A DNA stretch of 64,000 nt. It comes from Leptolyngbya sp. DLM2.Bin27 (GTDB lineage: Bacteria; Cyanobacteriota; Cyanobacteriia; Phormidesmidales; Phormidesmidaceae). The translations under genes were made by a program, and so were the position numbers. The stretch covers positions 18,089-82,088 of the forward strand of contig RECJ01000242.1 in assembly GCA_007694115.1 (NCBI GenBank). The letters run 5' to 3'. The notes beneath the pieces are model-generated. The model searched no databases. It had not been told where the DNA came from and worked only from the letters and a program-made list of their open reading frames with translations. Shown in pieces: positions 8,141 through 17,921 of this stretch. The number at the start of each line of letters is the position of its first letter. Position 1 is the first letter of the stretch.

Positions 8141-9652
8141 CTACAACTGGCTCATCCGATTCAAGGTCTGCCGATACCCAGCCGCTTCGCCCTGCTGGAG
8201 GTAAAGCTCTGCGGCCCGCTCAAAGTCACGCCGGGCACCGGCATCATCGCCGAGGCGGGCGCGAACGACGCCCCGGTTGTAAAACAGCTCTGGGTTGCTG
8301 GTGTTGGGGGCACCCGAAATCGCCTGGGTGAGGTCTTGAAAGGCGTTTTGTGCCTGGTTGACCTGAAGGTAAGCGGCCCCCCGGGCCGAAAAGGCCTCTA
8401 GATAATTGGGACGCACCGCTAGAGCTTGGCTGTAGTCGTCAATAGCCCCAAACACATCGCCCATGGCCATGCGGGCATTGCCTCTGGCATAAAAAGCTTC
8501 AGCATAGCTGGGGTCTAGAAACAGCGCCTCGTTGTAGTTGGCGATGGCCGCTAGAGGGTCGCCAGCTTGCAGCAGAGCGTCGCCCTTGAGCTTGTAGGCG
8601 ATGGCCGAGTCAGGGTTGAGTTGTAGCACTCGGGCAAAGTCTTGGTTAGCCCCCTGTAGATCACCCTGGTTAGCCCGAATGCTGCCCCGACTCATATAGG
8701 CTTCGGTCAAGCTGGGGTTGAGCTCGAGGGCGCGGTTGAGGTCTTGCAGGGCGCGATTGGGTCTGCCCTGACGAAAGTAGACATGGCTACGGTTGAGGTA
8801 GGCCCTAGCGAGGGTGGAATCGCGGCGTATGGCTTCGTTGAGATCGCTGAGGGCCGAGTCAAACAGACCGAGGTGAAAGTAGGCCACCCCCCGGCCCATG
8901 TAGGCTCTGGGAAGGTCGCCATTGAGCTCAATGGCGCGGCTAAAGTCGCCGACGGCACCGCTGTGGTTGTTGACCCGCTCTAGGGCAAAGCCGCGCAGTA
9001 CGTAGGCGGTGGGGTTGTTGGGGTCGATCTCAATGGCAATGGAAAAGTCTTCGATCGCCAGCTCGTGGCGACCCGCTTGGGTGTCAATTAAGCCCCGATA
9101 GAGGTAAGCGCCCACTAGGTCGGGGTTGATTTCTAGGGCATTGTTGAAGTCGGCTAGGGCTTGGTCACTATCGCCTTGGCGAAAGTAGACGCTACCCCGG
9201 GCAAACAATGCCTTGGCGCTGTCTGGGTCAAGGTTGACGGCCTGGTTGAGGTCGGCTAGGGCCCGGCTATAGTTGCCCCGGTCGGCGTAGATTAGGCCTC
9301 GGTAGAGATAGGCGTTGGCCAAGCTAGGATCGAGCTCTATGGCCAGGTCAAAGGCTTCAAGGGCGGCGGTATAGTCACTTCTGTTGTAGCGCTCTACCCC
9401 AAGGTTGTAGGCGGCAATGGCAGACAAACCCGGTGCGGCGGCTTCGGCGGCCTCTGCGGCGGCTTCTGCGGCGGCGGCTTCTGCGGCATCTGCAGCGGTG
9501 TCTGCGGCGGCGGGCAGATCGGCCTCGGGCAAGGCGGCGGGTAGCTCAGGCTCGATGATCTCGGCCTCGGAGGGGGATATTTGAGCGTAGCCCCCTGGCA
9601 TCGTCCCGATGACCAACCCCAGACCCAGCAATAGTGAATAACGCAATTTCAT
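8141..9652 (-). CDS. exported tetratricopeptide-repeat protein
   Basis: Signal peptide, Ala/Glu linker, about 12 TPR units (AYLYRG...ALADLNQAVNLDP). Confidence 0.92.
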   Translation of the reverse strand: MKLRYSLLLGLGLVIGTMPGGYAQISPSEAEIIEPELPAALPEADLPAAADTAADAAEAAAAEAAAEAAEAAAPGLSAIAAYNLGVERYNRSDYTAALEAFDLAIELDPSLANAYLYRGLIYADRGNYSRALADLNQAVNLDPDSAKALFARGSVYFRQGDSDQALADFNNALEINPDLVGAYLYRGLIDTQAGRHELAIEDFSIAIEIDPNNPTAYVLRGFALERVNNHSGAVGDFSRAIELNGDLPRAYMGRGVAYFHLGLFDSALSDLNEAIRRDSTLARAYLNRSHVYFRQGRPNRALQDLNRALELNPSLTEAYMSRGSIRANQGDLQGANQDFARVLQLNPDSAIAYKLKGDALLQAGDPLAAIANYNEALFLDPSYAEAFYARGNARMAMGDVFGAIDDYSQALAVRPNYLEAFSARGAAYLQVNQAQNAFQDLTQAISGAPNTSNPELFYNRGVVRARLGDDAGARRDFERAAELYLQQGEAAGYRQTLNRMSQL

Positions 9653-10012
9653 GGCTTCCCCTCCACCGACGGTGTTTGCAGATCAGCAGGTTAGTACTGG
9701 TTTAAACAGATGTTTCTACAGCATACCCGCCCAGGCCCTTGGAGCTAATGATAGGTTAGCTTTTATGGGTTGTCAGGGTAATTTCTGGAAGTGCTTGAGG
9801 CCTCGGCCTTGAGCACTTTGATCGAGGGCAGCGGTAGCCTAGCTGTCCCTTGATCAGACGAGTTACAGCGTAGGATCGATCAGAACTATCTGCCCTTGGC
9901 CTGGTTTGGGTAGCTTAGGTACAACGGCTGCTTAGCGGGGTGGATAGCTCTGTCAGTCATACTGCAATTCACGGTTGGCCCTAGTAGACGGTGATCGATT
10001 CAGGACATTGGC

Positions 10013-13000
10013 ATGTTTTTTTGGCCAAGGATGTTTTGCGAGATAGCTAGGGTTTTAGGAGGTGCTGCGATCGCAGTACTCTGCCTGCCTGGCCTGGGAG
10101 CGATCGCAGGGGCGTCAGCCCAGTCCACGGCCCCCCAGTCGGCCCCCAGTGCTGGGGCCAGCTCGACCGGCATATTGGCCGCAACCAAACCAGCGGTTGG
10201 CCCGAGATATCCGTGGCTGGGTCTAGGGTTGGGGGCCGTGGGCATTGGAATTTTAATTGGTCGAGCCACCAAACGCTCCCTGCCGCAGCACCGATCCCCA
10301 GGCCAACCTGAGCGGATCACGCTAGAAAACTGTCTGCGCCCGCTGGTGGAAGCCGCCAACATCACCTATTGGGAAATTGATCTGGCCACCGAAACCATGT
10401 GGCTATTTGGCGACCTCACCCAGCCCAAGGCCCCCGCCACGGGCCTCACCCTCACCCGATCTGAGTTTCTCAACCAGTTTATCCCTCCAGGGCAGGTGGA
10501 AGAGCTGTACCAATCGTTTCAGAGGGCGCTGGCCACATCGGAGTCTTTTAGCCTAGAGCATCAGATTAAGCCCCTAGTGCCGACTGAGCCGCCGATTTGG
10601 GTCTTAGCTCGCGGCAAGGTTTTGACCAACCGGGCGGGACAGCCCACCACGGTGGTGGGCGTTGCCTACGACAACACCGCTAAAAAACAGCTTGAGCTGG
10701 CCCTCACCACCTCAGAAACTCAGCTCAAAGACATTCTTGACAACGCCAATGTGGCCCTGTCGCAGCTGCGGGTTTTTGCCGACGGCAGCTGGCACTACGA
10801 CTACTTTTCTGCCGGGAATCAACGCATCTACGGTTTTTCTGAGACCGAGCTATTTGCTGACCAAAGCCTCTGGCGCAGTCGGGTTCACCCAGAGGACTTC
10901 GCCGCCGTAGTCAAGCCGCTGATCGAGGCTGTGATCTTTCCCGCCCGGGCCGCCAGCATAGAAATTCGCTTTCAGCACCGGAATGGCAACTGGCGCTACA
11001 TCTGGCAACACTACTCGTCTCGACGCGACGAAGTCAACAACTGCTGGATTGTGGTGGTGGTCAGCCAAGACATTACCGACAGCAAGCAGGCTGAGATCGA
11101 TCTCCGCGCCAGCGAAGCTCGCTTTAGAAGTCTGGCGGCCAATTTACCTGAGGTGATCTACCGCTATGAGCATGATCCGGCCACGGGGCATGAGGCTTTT
11201 ACCTACATGAGCCCGGCTGCCCTAGAGCTTTTTGGCTATCCCCACGACGCTATCACAGCGGATGTGCAGCTGGCCTGGAGGGGTGTCCATGCCGACGATG
11301 TCCCCGTCTTGGTCGAAGCCATGGCGAAATCGCTCGAAACCCTAGCGCCCTGGCATTGGCAAGGGCGGATCACGGCCCCCGACGGCACCACAAAGTGGGT
11401 GCAGGGCATTTCTAACCCAGAGCGACAGCCCGATGGCACCGTGGTGTGGGATGGCTTTCTGCTTGACATCACCAGTCGCAAAGCCGCCGATCTGGCCCTG
11501 AGAACCGAACGCGACCTGCTCGACAGCATCATGAGCACCAGCGTGGCTGCGATCGCAGTGCTTGACCCCGATGGCCGCATTTTGTTTGCCAACAGCCGCG
11601 CCGAAACCATCTTGGGCCTCGACCTCAGCGACCTGACCCAGCTGACCGATAACGCCCCAGATTGGAAGGCTACCGACCTCGACGGCAGCCCCTGGAGCAG
11701 CGAGCAGCTGCCCTTCAGCCTGGTGTTGACCACAGGCGAACCGGTGTACGATATTCGCCACGCCATCAAGTTGCCCAATGGCGAACAGCGCGCCCTCTCC
11801 ATTAACGGCGCGCCGATTAAGGATTTAGAGGGCACCATTGTCAGCCTCGTGTTTACCATCAACGACATTACCGATCAAATTGAGGCAGAAACGGCCCTGC
11901 GCAACAGCGAAGCCCAGCTGCGCCTGATTACCGACAATATGAGCGATCTGGTCTGCCTGCATCGCCCCGACGGCACCTACACCTACATCAGTCCTTCCTG
12001 CGAGGGAATTTTGGGCTTCACCGCCGCTGAGCTGATCAGTCAAACCCCCTACGATTTATTCCATCCCGACGACTGCGATTATCTCCAGCAAACCTCACAC
12101 CAGCCCGCCTTGCAGGGCAGTGCGGTGGCTTCGACCTACCGCATTCGCCGCAAAAACGGTGCTTACATCTGGCTAGAAACCCTCACCAAGCCGATTTTTG
12201 ACGCGACTGGGCAGGTTACCGGGCTGCAAACCACCTCGCGCAACGTCACCGAAAAAGTCGAGATCCAGGCCCAGCTAGAATATGACGCGGGCCACGATGC
12301 GCTCACCGGACTGCCCAATCGCGCCCAGCTGCTGCAACAGCTCGATGCGGCTATTGCCCTGCCCCAGCCAGGGCAGCCCTGTGCAGTGCTGTTTATTGAC
12401 CTCGATCGCTTCAAGGTGATCAACGACAGCCTGGGGCACCAGGTTGGCGACGAGCTGCTGAGGGTCATTGCCCAAAAACTCAACCGCATCACTCGCCCCG
12501 GCGATATGGCAGCCCGCCTCAGCGGCGACGAATTTGTGGTGCTGCTCAACCCCGTGGCGGGGGTAGAGCAGGCGATCCAGATTGCCGATCAGCTGCTGGT
12601 TGAGCTGCGCCAGCCCTTTGCCCTCGACGACCGCAACGTGTTTGTCAGCGCCAGCATCGGCATTGCGCTGTGCACCCCCCGCCACCAGACTGGGGTTGAT
12701 CTGCTGCGCGATGCCGACATCGCCATGTACCGAGCCAAGGCCGCAGGCAAAAACTGCCATGCCCTGTTTGACCCCCAAATGCACCTGCAAGTGCTGCGCG
12801 AAATGCATCTCGAAGAAGCTCTGCGGGGAGCGATTGAGCACCAAGAGCTAAACTTGTACTACCAGCCCATTGTCAGCCTTGCCAACGGCGAAATCAAAGG
12901 GTTTGAGGTGCTGGCGCGGTGGCCCCACAGTCAGTATGGCCTGGTTTCTCCGGCAGAGTTTATCCCCATTGCCGAAGAGACGGGGCTGATTATTGCCCTA

Positions 13001-13600
13001 GGGCGATGGGTGCTGCAAACGGCCTGCCAGCAGTTTAGCCAGTGGCGACAGCAGTTCCCAGCGGTGCGGGCCATGGGTCTCAGCGTCAACCTGTCCACGG
13101 TGCAGCTGCACGATGCCAAGCTGCTGGCCCACCTGACGGATCTGCTGACAGGCCTAAACCTGCCCAGCGACTGTCTCACCCTTGAGATCACCGAAAGTCT
13201 GCTGATCGAAAATATGGAGTACAACCTGGCGGTACTAGAGCAAATTAGAGACCAGGGCATTCAGCTCAGCATCGATGACTTTGGCACTGGCTACTCGTCG
13301 CTCAGCTACCTCCAGCGGTTTCCGTTTTCTGGCCTGAAGATTGATCGCAGCTTTATCACTCACCTGGGCAGCGAGGCCGAAAATCCGGTTTTGGTGAAGT
13401 CGATTTTGGCCCTGGCCGACAGCCTCAAGCTCGACCCCGTTGCCGAGGGCATTGAAACCGAAAAGCAGCTGGAGTTTTTGCAGGCCAACGGCTGTCGCTA
13501 TGGCCAGGGGTTTTTCTTCTATCAGCCAATGGCTGCAAGTCAAATTGAAGCTTTGCTGGCCGCCGGAGCCCCGCCTCAGGGTAGCTGTCTAGTCCGGTGA
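10013..13600 (+). CDS. multi-PAS diguanylate cyclase/phosphodiesterase (GGDEF-EAL)
   Basis: N-terminal hydrophobic segments, several PAS/PAC, HDALTGLPNR, SGDEF, EVLARW, IDDFGTGYSS. Confidence 0.95.
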   Translation: MFFWPRMFCEIARVLGGAAIAVLCLPGLGAIAGASAQSTAPQSAPSAGASSTGILAATKPAVGPRYPWLGLGLGAVGIGILIGRATKRSLPQHRSPGQPERITLENCLRPLVEAANITYWEIDLATETMWLFGDLTQPKAPATGLTLTRSEFLNQFIPPGQVEELYQSFQRALATSESFSLEHQIKPLVPTEPPIWVLARGKVLTNRAGQPTTVVGVAYDNTAKKQLELALTTSETQLKDILDNANVALSQLRVFADGSWHYDYFSAGNQRIYGFSETELFADQSLWRSRVHPEDFAAVVKPLIEAVIFPARAASIEIRFQHRNGNWRYIWQHYSSRRDEVNNCWIVVVVSQDITDSKQAEIDLRASEARFRSLAANLPEVIYRYEHDPATGHEAFTYMSPAALELFGYPHDAITADVQLAWRGVHADDVPVLVEAMAKSLETLAPWHWQGRITAPDGTTKWVQGISNPERQPDGTVVWDGFLLDITSRKAADLALRTERDLLDSIMSTSVAAIAVLDPDGRILFANSRAETILGLDLSDLTQLTDNAPDWKATDLDGSPWSSEQLPFSLVLTTGEPVYDIRHAIKLPNGEQRALSINGAPIKDLEGTIVSLVFTINDITDQIEAETALRNSEAQLRLITDNMSDLVCLHRPDGTYTYISPSCEGILGFTAAELISQTPYDLFHPDDCDYLQQTSHQPALQGSAVASTYRIRRKNGAYIWLETLTKPIFDATGQVTGLQTTSRNVTEKVEIQAQLEYDAGHDALTGLPNRAQLLQQLDAAIALPQPGQPCAVLFIDLDRFKVINDSLGHQVGDELLRVIAQKLNRITRPGDMAARLSGDEFVVLLNPVAGVEQAIQIADQLLVELRQPFALDDRNVFVSASIGIALCTPRHQTGVDLLRDADIAMYRAKAAGKNCHALFDPQMHLQVLREMHLEEALRGAIEHQELNLYYQPIVSLANGEIKGFEVLARWPHSQYGLVSPAEFIPIAEETGLIIALGRWVLQTACQQFSQWRQQFPAVRAMGLSVNLSTVQLHDAKLLAHLTDLLTGLNLPSDCLTLEITESLLIENMEYNLAVLEQIRDQGIQLSIDDFGTGYSSLSYLQRFPFSGLKIDRSFITHLGSEAENPVLVKSILALADSLKLDPVAEGIETEKQLEFLQANGCRYGQGFFFYQPMAASQIEALLAAGAPPQGSCLVR

Positions 13601-13622
13601 GTATGGCAAGATAGCATCGTCG

Positions 13623-15422
13623 TTGCCGGTAGCCGCTGTGATTTGGATTGACTGGGCCATAGTTGTGGCCTATCTGGTCTTTACCCTGGCCCTGGGCCTG
13701 TATCTGTCGCGCCGGGCCTCGGGGGGGCTGGTGGATTTTTTTGTCTCCGGGCGATCGCTGCCCTGGTGGCTGGCGGGCACCAGCATGGCCGCCACCACTT
13801 TTTCCATCGACACGCCGCTCTATATTGCCGGGGTGGTGGGCACCCGAGGCATTGCTGGCAACTGGGAGTGGTGGAGTTTTGGCATTGCCCATGTGGTGAT
13901 GATCTACGTATTTGCCCGGCTGTGGCGACGCTCGGAGATTATCACCGACGCCGAGCTGACCGAGCTGCGCTACGGTGGCGCGATGGCGGCCTGGCTGCGG
14001 GGCATCAAGGCGTTTTTGTTTGCGGTGCCGATCAACTGCATTGGCATTGGCTACGCCATGCTGGCCATGGTCAAGGTGATCGATGCCCTGGGGCTGTGGC
14101 AGGCCTTTGGCATTGAGCCGGGGGACAATCTCAAGCTGCTCAGCGTGGTGGGGGTCAGTGCGCTAGTGCTGCTCTACGCCGGGTTTTCGGGCCTGTGGGG
14201 GGTGGTGGCGACGGATTTCTTTCAGTTTTTTTTGGCCCTGCTGGGGGCGATCATTGTGGCGGTGGCGGCGGTGATGAATCTGGGCGGCATGGCCAGCCTG
14301 GTGGCGCAGGTGCAGGCTATCGGGGGCACCGACCTGCTGGCCTTTGTGCCCCTGGAGCGGGGAGCGGGCGGCTGGTACCAGTGGAGCGAGACCGCAGGCA
14401 TTACCGTCAGCACCTTTTTGGCCTATGTCACCTTGCAGTGGTGGGCCTTTCGCCGCAGCGACGGCGGCGGCGAGTTTATTCAGCGGCTGGCGGCCTCTAA
14501 AACCGAGGCCGAGGCCGAAAAGGCCGCCTGGTTTTTTAACATTTTGCACTATGTGGTGCGCACCTGGCCCTGGGTGGTGGTGGCCCTGGCGGCGGTGGTG
14601 ATCTACCCTGACCTGGCCGACCGAGAGCTGGGCTACCCGATGCTGATGATGGACTTTTTGCCGCCCGTTCTCCTGGGGCTGGTGGTGGCTTCGCTAATTG
14701 CCGCGTTTATGAGCACGGTTTCGACGCTGATCAACTGGGGCGCGTCTTACCTGACTAACGACCTGTATGCCCGCTTTATGCGGCCTGACGCGCCCCAGGC
14801 TGAGCTGGTGCTGGCGGGGCGGCTGGCTTCGGTGGTGGTGACGGGGCTGGGTGCGATCGCAGCCTTCTACTCCCAAGACGTAACCACGGTGTTTCGCCTG
14901 GTGATTGCCATCGGCACCGGGCCGGGGCTGGTGCTGATTTTGCGCTGGTTTTGGTGGCGGATCAACGCCGCCGCCGAGCTGGCCGCCATGCTGGCCGGGT
15001 TTGTGGTGGGGCTCGTCACCAGCGTGGTGCCGATTCTCACCATTGACGACTTTGGCCTGCGGCTGCTGGTGACCACCGCGATTACCAGCGTCATCTGGGT
15101 GACAGCGATGGTGATCACCCCGCCCGAGAGCGACGACACCCTAGATACCTTCTACCGCAAGGTGCGCCCCGGCGGCCCCGGCTGGGAACGCCAGCGCCAG
15201 CGCACCGGCCTGTGGCCCGTGCAAGACCTGGGCCACGACCTGCTGAGAGCTGGTGCAGCCCTGCTGCTGCTGCTCGGGGCCATGCTGGGGGTGGGTGGCT
15301 TTTTGCTCTATCAACCCCTCACTGGCTGGTTTTGGCTGGTGGTGGCGGTGGCGGGCTGGGTGGCCCTGCGGCGGCTCGGTAAAGCGGTGATGCCCATGCC
15401 TAAGGCGGGGGTGGATGAGTGA
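13623..15422 (+). CDS. sodium:solute symporter family protein
   Basis: About 14 TM; FFVSGRSLPWWLAGTSMAATTF, AAFMSTVST. Confidence 0.93.
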   Translation: MPVAAVIWIDWAIVVAYLVFTLALGLYLSRRASGGLVDFFVSGRSLPWWLAGTSMAATTFSIDTPLYIAGVVGTRGIAGNWEWWSFGIAHVVMIYVFARLWRRSEIITDAELTELRYGGAMAAWLRGIKAFLFAVPINCIGIGYAMLAMVKVIDALGLWQAFGIEPGDNLKLLSVVGVSALVLLYAGFSGLWGVVATDFFQFFLALLGAIIVAVAAVMNLGGMASLVAQVQAIGGTDLLAFVPLERGAGGWYQWSETAGITVSTFLAYVTLQWWAFRRSDGGGEFIQRLAASKTEAEAEKAAWFFNILHYVVRTWPWVVVALAAVVIYPDLADRELGYPMLMMDFLPPVLLGLVVASLIAAFMSTVSTLINWGASYLTNDLYARFMRPDAPQAELVLAGRLASVVVTGLGAIAAFYSQDVTTVFRLVIAIGTGPGLVLILRWFWWRINAAAELAAMLAGFVVGLVTSVVPILTIDDFGLRLLVTTAITSVIWVTAMVITPPESDDTLDTFYRKVRPGGPGWERQRQRTGLWPVQDLGHDLLRAGAALLLLLGAMLGVGGFLLYQPLTGWFWLVVAVAGWVALRRLGKAVMPMPKAGVDE

Positions 15423-15476
15423 GGGGGTGAGGTAAGATGAGGAAATCGGTTACATCCCTTCATCCGCGATCGCCCT

Positions 15477-15707
15477 ATGTCGTTTTTTCGGTCTTATATT
15501 GCGCCTCTGCTGATTGTGCTGATTTTTGCGGTGGCAATGCTGGCGGTGAGCGCCCGCATTTTCTTGCCCAGCGATATGATGGCCCCGGCCCCAATTGAAG
15601 AGCCCGTATCGGCGGCTGGGGCATCCCCCATTGCCGCCTCAGCTGGGGCAATGCCTAAGCTGTCAGAGCTCATCCACGGCCCTGAAAGCGACCTGGTTAA
15701 AGGTTAA
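15477..15707 (+). CDS. small conserved membrane protein
   Basis: FFRSYIAPLLIVLIFAVAMLAVSARIFLPSDMMAPAP, single TM, co-oriented with symporter. Confidence 0.7.
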   Translation: MSFFRSYIAPLLIVLIFAVAMLAVSARIFLPSDMMAPAPIEEPVSAAGASPIAASAGAMPKLSELIHGPESDLVKG

Positions 15708-15829
15708 TACCGCATCCGCATTCCGTCCCCCGGCTCCCAACCGGCTAACCCGTAGGGTATGGGCCATGCGCCCGACGGAGTCAGGGGGAGCCAATCAGGA
15801 TTTTGTGTGAGATGGGCTATGGCGTAGAA

Positions 15830-16010
15830 GCAACCCAAAGCAAGAATCCCCTGGCAGCAATACCGCCAGGGGATTCTGAGTTTTAGTCGGTAACTAGGCG
15901 TGTTGCTGTAGAGTAAATCTCCTGAGACAAACTGTTTCGACAAACTACCTGAAAACAATTTGGAGACAGCAGCACTTTGACTGGTTTACTTGAGAGCTTT
16001 CCTCAAGAAA
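15830..16010 (-). ncRNA. candidate small RNA (possibly PsrR1-like)
   Basis: AT-rich intergenic region without a credible ORF; CTAGTTACCGACTAA directly before a 13-bp stem (15843-15877); 5' end uncertain. Confidence 0.35.
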
Positions 16011-16545
16011 GTGCCGATTAAATAGAGATGTTTAAATGCCGTCGTGAAGAAACCATCGCGTGGGGTTTATAGCGTCTCTGGGCATTTCTTACAGAGCTCT
16101 CTATCAGTTACAGAGAGGAAATATCAACAACCGAGTAAAGTGCTGCTGGTACTTGACGAGATAGATTCAGACGTTAAATCGATAACGTACCTCCTATTTA
16201 ACAGGACTGAACTATTCGATCTGTCGGGGAAGGAATCACGTTTTGGCATCAGCCAATTCACTTCCTTATTTACTAATGTACTCCTCTGGTTTGGCGATGG
16301 CCAGGGATGATACCAAAGTTTATGATCAGGTAAAGGGCTACTCTCACGACAGCAGAGACAGGCTGTTTGGGCAGGCTATTCTAGCCGAGACGATTTCCCC
16401 AGAGCAGGCCCAGAGCAGGCCCAGAGCAGGCTCCAACTGGCTGGGCTGCCGCGTTCTCGGCTATTTGTGGCAGGCTGGAACCAGTCGATCTACCCACCCT
16501 GCCTGCCCACCCTGCCTGCCCACCCTGCTTGCCCACCGAGGATCT

Positions 16546-16869
16546 ATGACAACATCCCCCGATTCATCTGGTGACCCCAGCCGCTGGCTAGTGCAGGTGT
16601 GCCGACATCGGTCGTGCGATCGCGGTGGTTCAGCCGCTGTGCTGGCAGCCTTTCGCCAACACCAGAGCGGGCACATTTTAATTGCCGAGAGCGGCTGCAT
16701 GGGCCAGTGCAGCGCCGGGCCGACGGTCAAAGTCATGCCCGGCAATACCTGGTACTGCCGAGTCAAGTCAGAGGATGTACCCAGGATTGTGGAGCAGCAT
16801 TTGGAGCAAGGGAAACTGGTGTGCGATCGCCTCCACCCCCGCTTTCATCCCCCAGAAGAGTTCTCTTAA
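16546..16869 (+). CDS. thioredoxin-like [2Fe-2S] ferredoxin
   Basis: VCRHRSC...SGCMGQCSAGPTV...WYCRV...IVEQHL; ATG at 16546 after GAGG. Confidence 0.9.
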   Translation: MTTSPDSSGDPSRWLVQVCRHRSCDRGGSAAVLAAFRQHQSGHILIAESGCMGQCSAGPTVKVMPGNTWYCRVKSEDVPRIVEQHLEQGKLVCDRLHPRFHPPEEFS

Positions 16870-16876
16870 CTAACGT

Positions 16877-17737
16877 CTATCGCCGCGCCTGGGCCATGGC
16901 CTCTGCCGGGGGCCGCACCACGCGCCGGGCTAGACCCAGTTTCTCTAGCGCCAAGATGGCGTACCAGGTGACATCGATTTCCCACCAGCGCCAGCCGGCG
17001 GGGGCCACGTTGGGGAAGGCGTGGTGGTTGTTGTGCCAGCCTTCGCCGTAGGTGAGCAGCGCCGTCCACCAGAGGTTGCCCGAGTTATCGTTGATCTGAA
17101 AGCGGCGCTTGCCCCACATGTGGGTGGCGGAGTTGATCAGCCAGGTGGAGTGCCAGAGGGTGACGATGCGGGCAAACACGCCGTAGATCACAAAGGGCCA
17201 GCCGCCGAGGGCGAAGAGGGCAATTGCAACCGGCACTTGCAGCAGCAGAAAATATTTGTCGAGCCAGTTGTAGTAGCGATCGCGGGCAATATCGGGCGCA
17301 TAGCTGCGGTAGATCTCGCGGTTAAATACCGACTGGCGGGGGTATATCAGCCACAGCATATGGCTCCACCAAAACCCGCGACTGGCGGCGTAGGGGTCTT
17401 TCTCAGCATCTTCGGTAAATAGGTGGTGCTGGCGGTGGCCCGCCACCCAAAACATCGGCCCGCCCTGGAGCGCCATTGCCCCAATGGTGGCCAGCACATA
17501 CTCTAGCCAGCGGGGCACCTGTAAACTGCGGTGGGTCAGCAGCCGGTGATAGCCGAGGCAAATGCCAATGCTGCCAAACAGCCAGTGCAGCACCACCATC
17601 ACCCCCAGGGCCGACCACGAAAAAAACCAGGGGGCCAGCAGGGCAACGCCGTGTACAGCGGTCAAAAAGCCCACTAAAGTCCAGTCTAGATCGGCAATCC
17701 CCGGTTTTTGTGGGGCCGGTTTCATGGTTGTTGTCAT
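16877..17737 (-). CDS. desC: delta-9 acyl-lipid desaturase
   Basis: His boxes HRLLTH, HRQHH, HNNHH; GEGW. Confidence 0.88.
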   Translation of the reverse strand: MTTTMKPAPQKPGIADLDWTLVGFLTAVHGVALLAPWFFSWSALGVMVVLHWLFGSIGICLGYHRLLTHRSLQVPRWLEYVLATIGAMALQGGPMFWVAGHRQHHLFTEDAEKDPYAASRGFWWSHMLWLIYPRQSVFNREIYRSYAPDIARDRYYNWLDKYFLLLQVPVAIALFALGGWPFVIYGVFARIVTLWHSTWLINSATHMWGKRRFQINDNSGNLWWTALLTYGEGWHNNHHAFPNVAPAGWRWWEIDVTWYAILALEKLGLARRVVRPPAEAMAQARR

Positions 17738-17850
17738 AGCAAATCCTTTTGCTCGGTAAGGTTGAAGCCATCGGCCCAGGCAACGACCCAGACCACGCGG
17801 GCAGCCTTGACAAGGTTTTCTGCCATTCCCTAGGAAGGGGCGACATCGAC

Positions 17851-17914
17851 TGCAAGTGCTGCTTGCATTTCTACCCTAGCAAACTTTTCGGGTAAAATGC
17901 AAGTGTTACTTTCT
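17851..17914. promoter_or_regulatory. two candidate TetR operators in the divergent desC/tetR promoter
   Basis: TGCAAGTGCTGCTTGCA (17851-17867) and TGCAAGTGTTACTTTCT (17898-17914). Confidence 0.55.
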
Positions 17915-17921
17915 TTTTGCC

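Noticed and set aside
9719-9728. Alternative-sigma (SigF/SigJ-type GGG-N-ATACT-like) promoter boxes here and at about 30632-30640
   Set aside because: Short degenerate matches expected by chance; cannot be supported without TSS data
16400-16540. Short tandem repeats (AGAGCAGGCCC x3, CCCACCCTGCCTG-like x3-4) as an array or N-terminal extension of the ferredoxin
   Set aside because: Simple slippage-type repeats without spacers; ferredoxin has its own SD and ATG at 16546
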